Of a DNA stretch of 20,000 nt, positions 14,966 through 20,000 are shown one piece after another. The position numbers were made by a program, and so were the translations under genes. Below the pieces are notes generated by a model. The model saw only the letters and a program-made list of their open reading frames with translations. It searched no databases and was not told the origin of the DNA. Location of the stretch: the IMG/VR virus record IMGVR_UViG_3300032266_000637; one strand, given 5' to 3'. The DNA is from an uncultured virus (IMG/VR IMGVR_UViG_3300032266_000637). Lineage: Duplodnaviria; Heunggongvirae; Uroviricota; Caudoviricetes. Each line of letters opens with the position of its first letter. Position 1 is the stretch's first letter.

Positions 14966-15883
14966 ATGGCAACCCCAATGCGTAGTACGGACTTTCGTGC
15001 GGTAGTCGAACCGATTATCAACGAAGTCTTTGATGGTGTTTACGAACAACGTGCAGACGAATGGAAAGGCTTTGTAGAGCAGATCCAAGGTATTCCACGT
15101 AACTATCATGAAGAAGTAATGTTGTTCGGTATGAACGCAGCTCCTGCAATGCCTGACGGCACTCCAGTTAGCTACGATCAAGGCGGTACACTGTACATCA
15201 CCCGTTTCATCTACCAAATCTATGGCTTGGCATATGCCTTAACCAAAGTTTTGATGGAAGACGGCGATCACATCCGTATCGGCTCTACCTTTGCTAAACA
15301 CTTAGCTCAGTCTATGATTGAAACTAAGGAAACCCTCTGTGCCAACTTGTTGAACTTTGCGTTCACAAGCGGCTATGTTGGTGGCGACGGCGTAACTTTG
15401 ATTAACACAGCACACCCAATCGCAAACGGTCAGACTTACTCTAACCAGTTATCTACAGCTGCTTCTTTGAGCCAAACTTCTGTTGAACAGATGTTGATTC
15501 AGATTCGTGGCGCTGTTGACAACAACGGTAAGCGTATTCGTCTCAAAGCCGAGCAGTTAGTTGTTCCACCAGCACTCGAGTTCCAGTCTGAGGTTATCCT
15601 CAAGTCTGTTCTCCGCTCTGGTACAGCCGACAACGATTTGAACCCAATCAAGTCAACAGGTATGTTGCCAAAAGGCACACACGTTGTTACTCGTTTGAGC
15701 TCATCTAAAGCTTGGTGGGTACAGACTGATGCCGAGAATGGTCTAATGCTCGTAATGCGTCGTCCAATGGAGAAATCCATGGAAGGCGATTTTGAGACAG
15801 ACAGTATGCGTTATAAGGCCACTGAGCGTTATGCTACAGGCTGGCACGATGCACGTAACATTTACGGTACAGCAGGTTTGTAA
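14966..15883 (+). CDS. Major capsid protein (Mu gpT-like, HK97 fold)
   Basis: 305 aa; EEVMLFG...VSYD, DGVTLINTAHP, LVVPPALEF, DFETDSMRYKATERY..GWHDARNIYG; followed by a strong terminator. Confidence 0.92.
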   Translation: MATPMRSTDFRAVVEPIINEVFDGVYEQRADEWKGFVEQIQGIPRNYHEEVMLFGMNAAPAMPDGTPVSYDQGGTLYITRFIYQIYGLAYALTKVLMEDGDHIRIGSTFAKHLAQSMIETKETLCANLLNFAFTSGYVGGDGVTLINTAHPIANGQTYSNQLSTAASLSQTSVEQMLIQIRGAVDNNGKRIRLKAEQLVVPPALEFQSEVILKSVLRSGTADNDLNPIKSTGMLPKGTHVVTRLSSSKAWWVQTDAENGLMLVMRRPMEKSMEGDFETDSMRYKATERYATGWHDARNIYGTAGL

Positions 15884-15905
15884 TCGAATTACCCCCGCAG
15901 TAAGT

Positions 15906-15934
15906 AAAAAAGCCACCCACAAGGTGGCTTTTTT
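15906..15934 (+). terminator. Intrinsic (potentially bidirectional) terminator after the capsid gene
   Basis: AAAAAAGCCACC-CACAA-GGTGGCTTTTTT. Confidence 0.9.
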
Positions 15935-15940
15935 GCATTT

Positions 15941-15977
15941 TGGGGCGTTTTTATCTTGCAGTTTGCATAAGTAGTAA
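15941..15977 (+). promoter_or_regulatory. Putative late promoter 4
   Basis: TGGGGCG(15941-15947)-N15-TTGCATAAGTAGT(15963-15975), immediately after the terminator. Confidence 0.8.
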
Positions 15978-15984
15978 TAGGAAG

Positions 15985-16062
15985 ATTAATCCCATTCTGA
16001 CCGCCGATACTTCCCGGTGAGACGCCTCAGAGACAGCTTGGGATACCCACTGAGATAAGGAA
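15985..16062 (+). ncRNA. Structured leader RNA downstream of the gpT-like capsid gene (candidate Mu-gpT-DE-like motif)
   Basis: Nested pairings ATCCCA/TGGGAT, TCTGA/TCAGA, CCG/CGG; location matches the described context of the Mu-gpT-DE motif; family not verified. Confidence 0.5.
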
Positions 16063-16071
16063 ACACCTCAA

Positions 16072-16605
16072 ATGTCATCTACATTTACACAACCACTACG
16101 CATTTTTAAGCGTAACAACCCATCAAACGACGGTACAATTGCTCCAGAAAACGTCGGTGCGGCTCAATCAACACAACAAGCATTTATTACCCCAATCACA
16201 GCAACTCGTACAGCAATTGCTTTGCCAACTTTTGATGTAGGCACAACAACAGCGGTTCCTTTTGTTTTACCAGCTGGCGCAATTATTAGTACTATTCGTT
16301 TTTATGAGACAACAGCTCCATCAGCAATCACTGGTGGCGTTATTACTGTAGCTGTCGCTGGTGTTGACGTCGGCACAATCACCCCAACTACAACTGGTGG
16401 CATCATTGTTATGACCCCAACAGCAACTGCAGCAGTAGCAACAATTATGAATAACGTCGGTACAACTGATGCAACTATTACCTTCACGCCAACAGCTATT
16501 AGTGCTATCACTGGCACATTGGCCGGTACATTCTCTGTTGAATACACTCCACGTAACTCTGACGGTTCAATCATTGCCTACGGTTCTGGTTATACAAATA
16601 ACTAA
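16072..16605 (+). CDS. Thr/Ala-rich virion structural protein, 177 aa
   Basis: ORF track; AAGGA RBS; beta-rich composition (LPAGAII motif). Confidence 0.8.
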   Translation: MSSTFTQPLRIFKRNNPSNDGTIAPENVGAAQSTQQAFITPITATRTAIALPTFDVGTTTAVPFVLPAGAIISTIRFYETTAPSAITGGVITVAVAGVDVGTITPTTTGGIIVMTPTATAAVATIMNNVGTTDATITFTPTAISAITGTLAGTFSVEYTPRNSDGSIIAYGSGYTNN

Positions 16606-16607
16606 TT

Positions 16608-16635
16608 AAGACGGCGGGCCAGTCCCGCCTCTTTT
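16608..16635 (+). terminator. Hairpin / probable terminator
   Basis: GGCGGG-CCAGT-CCCGCC followed by TCTTTT. Confidence 0.6.
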
Positions 16636-16653
16636 AACCTTTTAGGAAACACA

Positions 16654-16938
16654 ATGACAGCATTAAATGATGTATTTCCCTCGCATCTAAACGGAAATGG
16701 TCAGGCCTTTACTGGGCCCGGTCGTATCGGCGGCTGGCAAGTAAAACCAGGTGGAACAGCAGGCTCAGTATTGTTTTATGACAATACTTCAGCAACTGGT
16801 ACACCATTAATTGAAATTGATTTAACAACCAATACCGCAGTTATCTCAACATTAGTCCCTGGAACAGGCATTCGTTTTTCTACGGGATGTTATGTCACAT
16901 TGCCTGCGTCTTCCGCAATTACAATATTCTGGGGCTAA
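16654..16938 (+). CDS. Small virion structural protein, 94 aa
   Basis: ORF track; AGGA RBS; PGTGIRFSTGCYVT motif. Confidence 0.8.
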   Translation: MTALNDVFPSHLNGNGQAFTGPGRIGGWQVKPGGTAGSVLFYDNTSATGTPLIEIDLTTNTAVISTLVPGTGIRFSTGCYVTLPASSAITIFWG

Positions 16939-16941
16939 ATA

Positions 16942-17340
16942 ATGCCCGTTTACCTTGACACTCGAGGTAACTCAGTCCTGTCTGTGGCGATCTGTGATCG
17001 TTGCAGTAGGAAATTTGCGTATGTAGATTTAATGCCAGACCCAAACTTTCCAGGTATGAGAGTTTGTAAGGATGATTTAGATAAGTTTGACCCATGGCGT
17101 CTTCCAGCCATTCAGACAGAAAACATTGCGCTGCGCTTTCCGCGCCCAGACGTATCGGTTGCAACTGGTCCTATAGCAGGACAACAAGTCGTAACAGCAC
17201 CAGCACCAAACGGCCCGATTGATAGCCCTCTAGGACAGCTTGTACGCAAACCAAACAACCCCGGACGTAATTCAATATTTATTACTCGGGATAAAAACAA
17301 GTCAACAACCGCTGGCGAGTCCGGCGATATAATTACATAA
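16942..17340 (+). CDS. Conserved phage protein with AICDRC...VC..D.D..DP metal-binding motif, 132 aa
   Basis: ORF track; Cys motif and RFPRPD typical of this gene in similar head/tail modules. Confidence 0.8.
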   Translation: MPVYLDTRGNSVLSVAICDRCSRKFAYVDLMPDPNFPGMRVCKDDLDKFDPWRLPAIQTENIALRFPRPDVSVATGPIAGQQVVTAPAPNGPIDSPLGQLVRKPNNPGRNSIFITRDKNKSTTAGESGDIIT

Positions 17341-17344
17341 GACT

Positions 17345-20000
17345 ATGGCCGATCAAAGTATATCGCAACTACCAGTAGCAGCCACCATCACAGGTAATGA
17401 GCTTGCTGTTGTTGTGCAAAACGGTATTACAAAACAAGCACAAGTATCTCAGCTTGCCAATGCCATATCGCCTGGTAAGTTAATTAATTACTTGTACTTT
17501 GACGGCGCAAGCAATTTAATTGTTGTCTACACAGATTCAACAACACAAAACTTAGGCCCAATACCAGGCTACATTGCAGCAAGTATTAACAGCGTTGGTC
17601 ATTTAATTTTAACTAACTCCACTGGTGGTACAACTGATGCGGGTTCTGTATTTGCCTCGTTAACTCAGACATTTACTACTGTAAACAACGAGACAGCAAC
17701 ATTACCAAATAGCCAGCGTTTAATTGCTGGTGCAAACATTTCGTTAACCAGCGGCACAAACACGCTGACTATTGCGGCATCTGGTTCGGCTGGTAGTTTA
17801 AATTCAGCTGGTCTAGGTTTTATTGTAAAAGATACTAGCAACACGGTTGTTGCCCGTACACTTACTAGCACAGCGGGTATTAGCATTACTAACCCTACAG
17901 GCGGTGCAGGCAATCCAGTTATCAGCCCGTCTTTAAAATTAGCTGACATTCAGAATTTAGCAACAACAGGTATTTTAGCGGTTGTTGGTGGTACTACTGT
18001 AATTGATCGTAACATTGTTGGTACAGCATCACAAATTACCGTAACTGGTGGTGACGGATCTGCTAACCCAACAATTAGTATTGCACCAAGCCCGGTACTT
18101 CCAGGTACAGGCTCGGTAACATTACCAACGGGTACTACAGCACAACGCCCTGGTGCACTGGCTGGTCAGTTACGTTTTAATACATCATTGAATGTATTTG
18201 AAGGACAAAATAACAGCGGTGTTTGGCAGACATTGGCCCTTGGTGGCGGTGTAACATCTGTTGGAAGTGGCACAGGCTTAACAGGCGGCCCAATTACATC
18301 TACAGGCACTATCAGTATTGCTAACACAGGCGTAACAGCAGGTAGTTATACAAATGCTAACATTACAGTTAATGCGCAAGGTCAGATTACTGTTGCATCA
18401 AGTGGCTCAGCTGGAGGTGTTACAACATTTAGTGCAGGCACAACAGGTTTTACGCCTAGTGCAGCATCAACAGGTGCTATTACTCTAGCTGGCACATTAA
18501 ATGTTGCAAATGGTGGAACTGGTGCAACCACATTAACAGGCTATCTAGTCGGTAACGGTACAAGTGCAGTAACTGCAGTAGCTACTATACCAAATGCAGG
18601 CTTAACAAATAGCTCTGTTACTTATAATGGCACAACAGTTGCATTAGGCGCAAGCGGTACAATTACTGCTGTTAACCCAAACGCATTAACTATTGGTACT
18701 GGTCTAACAGGCACATCTTATACGGGTGCGGCTGCAGTGACTATTGCAATTGACAGCACAGTAGCAACATTAACTGGAACACAGACGCTTACTAATAAAA
18801 CAATTAGTGGCGCAAGCAACACATTAACAAATATTGCCAATGCAAGTTTAACAAATAGCTCAATTACATTAGGCACAAGTGCTGTATCATTAGGTGGTAC
18901 GTTACTTGCACCAGCCGGACTAACAAGTGTTACTGTAACAGCAGACCCAACATTGGCCTTGCAGTTAGCAACAAAACAATATGTTGATGGATTGGTGTCT
19001 ACCGGATTGGCATACCACCAGCCAGTACAAGCTGCAACAACAGCAGCATTAACTGGCGTTGTCGTTTACAATAACGGCGCAGCGGGAGTCGGGGCTACAC
19101 TTACGCTTACCACGCCATTAACTGTTTTAGATGGGTATACACTACTTAACACTAACCGCATACTGATTAAAAATCAAGTTGATCAGGCTCAAAATGGTAT
19201 TTATACTTGGGCAACAGGCGGCACAGTACTAACTCGTGCAACGGATGCTGATACATATGGGCCAGGCACTAGTCAGCTTAGCCAAAACGATTACTTCTTT
19301 ACTCAAAACGGAACTGTTAACAAAGGCACTTCTTTTGTAGTTACAACAGTTGGAACCATTACTTTTGGCACAACTGCAATTACGTTTGCTGAGTTTAGTA
19401 GCTCATTGGTATATACTGGCGGTACAGGCATCACGGTAGCAGGAACAGTAATTAGTTTATCCGACACAGCAGTTACCACAGGAACTTATGGTAACGCAGC
19501 AAGAACAACTACACAGACTGTAAACCAGCAAGGTCAGATTACTAATATATTTGACCAGCTAATTGCGATTGCTGGCTCACAAATTACTTCTGGAACCGTT
19601 GCAATTGCTAATGGTGGTACAGGTCAGACTACCGCATCAGCAGCCTTTAATGCTTTATCACCCATTACTACGACAGGTGATGTAATTATTGGCAATGGAA
19701 CAAATAGTGCTACTAGACTAGGAATCGGTTCAAACGGTCAAGTTTTAACCAGTAACGGAACTACTGCTACTTGGACAACCCCAGCTTCAGGTGGCGTAAC
19801 TACAATTTCTTTTGGTTCTACAGGGTTAACACCTGCAACAGCCACATCAGGTGCTGTAACTGTTGCAGGTACATTAGCCGTAGCCAATGGCGGTACAGGA
19901 AGAACTGTTGGTAACTACTCCATCTACGCAAATGAGATTCATGTTGGTAAAGACGGAAACGACACAACAGGTGACGGAACTTTAATCAATCCAGTATTAA
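17345..20000 (+). CDS. Tail fibre / long virion adhesin (3' truncated, at least 885 aa)
   Basis: Absent from the ORF track, presumably because it has no stop in the window. Begins MADQSISQLPVAATITGNE; contains PTGTTAQRP..GQLRFNT, GVTAGSYTNANITVNAQGQIT, ATKQYVD, repeated VANGGTG; ends in frame with GNDTTGDGTLINPV. Confidence 0.9.
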   Translation, partial: MADQSISQLPVAATITGNELAVVVQNGITKQAQVSQLANAISPGKLINYLYFDGASNLIVVYTDSTTQNLGPIPGYIAASINSVGHLILTNSTGGTTDAGSVFASLTQTFTTVNNETATLPNSQRLIAGANISLTSGTNTLTIAASGSAGSLNSAGLGFIVKDTSNTVVARTLTSTAGISITNPTGGAGNPVISPSLKLADIQNLATTGILAVVGGTTVIDRNIVGTASQITVTGGDGSANPTISIAPSPVLPGTGSVTLPTGTTAQRPGALAGQLRFNTSLNVFEGQNNSGVWQTLALGGGVTSVGSGTGLTGGPITSTGTISIANTGVTAGSYTNANITVNAQGQITVASSGSAGGVTTFSAGTTGFTPSAASTGAITLAGTLNVANGGTGATTLTGYLVGNGTSAVTAVATIPNAGLTNSSVTYNGTTVALGASGTITAVNPNALTIGTGLTGTSYTGAAAVTIAIDSTVATLTGTQTLTNKTISGASNTLTNIANASLTNSSITLGTSAVSLGGTLLAPAGLTSVTVTADPTLALQLATKQYVDGLVSTGLAYHQPVQAATTAALTGVVVYNNGAAGVGATLTLTTPLTVLDGYTLLNTNRILIKNQVDQAQNGIYTWATGGTVLTRATDADTYGPGTSQLSQNDYFFTQNGTVNKGTSFVVTTVGTITFGTTAITFAEFSSSLVYTGGTGITVAGTVISLSDTAVTTGTYGNAARTTTQTVNQQGQITNIFDQLIAIAGSQITSGTVAIANGGTGQTTASAAFNALSPITTTGDVIIGNGTNSATRLGIGSNGQVLTSNGTTATWTTPASGGVTTISFGSTGLTPATATSGAVTVAGTLAVANGGTGRTVGNYSIYANEIHVGKDGNDTTGDGTLINPVL

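Noticed and set aside
5605..17949. Numerous antisense or alternative-frame ORFs inside late genes, and + strand ORFs 1498..1713 and 3419..3625
   Set aside because: They overlap well-supported genes and look like shadow ORFs from codon bias

Overview
Tailed dsDNA phage DNA (podovirus-like gene layout; host probably a proteobacterium, inferred from regulator boxes). Positions 1-3739 are an AT-rich leftward cluster of small, translationally coupled early genes headed by a Gp88-like Cys-rich protein. Positions 5014-20000 are a rightward late/morphogenesis region: a free-standing intein-derived protein, terminase large subunit, portal, GroES-like co-chaperonin, scaffold, Mu gpT-like major capsid protein and a tail fibre. 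The most unusual part is the non-coding DNA at about 2770-3100 and 3740-4995. It is a densely tiled array of palindromic protein-binding sites: five near-consensus NtrC boxes alternating at about 25 bp with a 20-bp palindrome, two Fur boxes inside a duplicated ~240-bp cassette, PhaR-like and Fis-like sites, seven YGTTGT-N6-RCAACA boxes and more than ten AGGG-N-CCCT boxes, followed by an iteron/AT-rich palindrome region. Also notable: a four-copy bipartite late promoter (GGGCG-N15-TTGCATAAGTAGT), an intact intein homologue that has lost both splicing and endonuclease catalytic residues and sits where terS is expected, and a structured RNA downstream of the capsid gene. All family assignments are by eye, without database searches.
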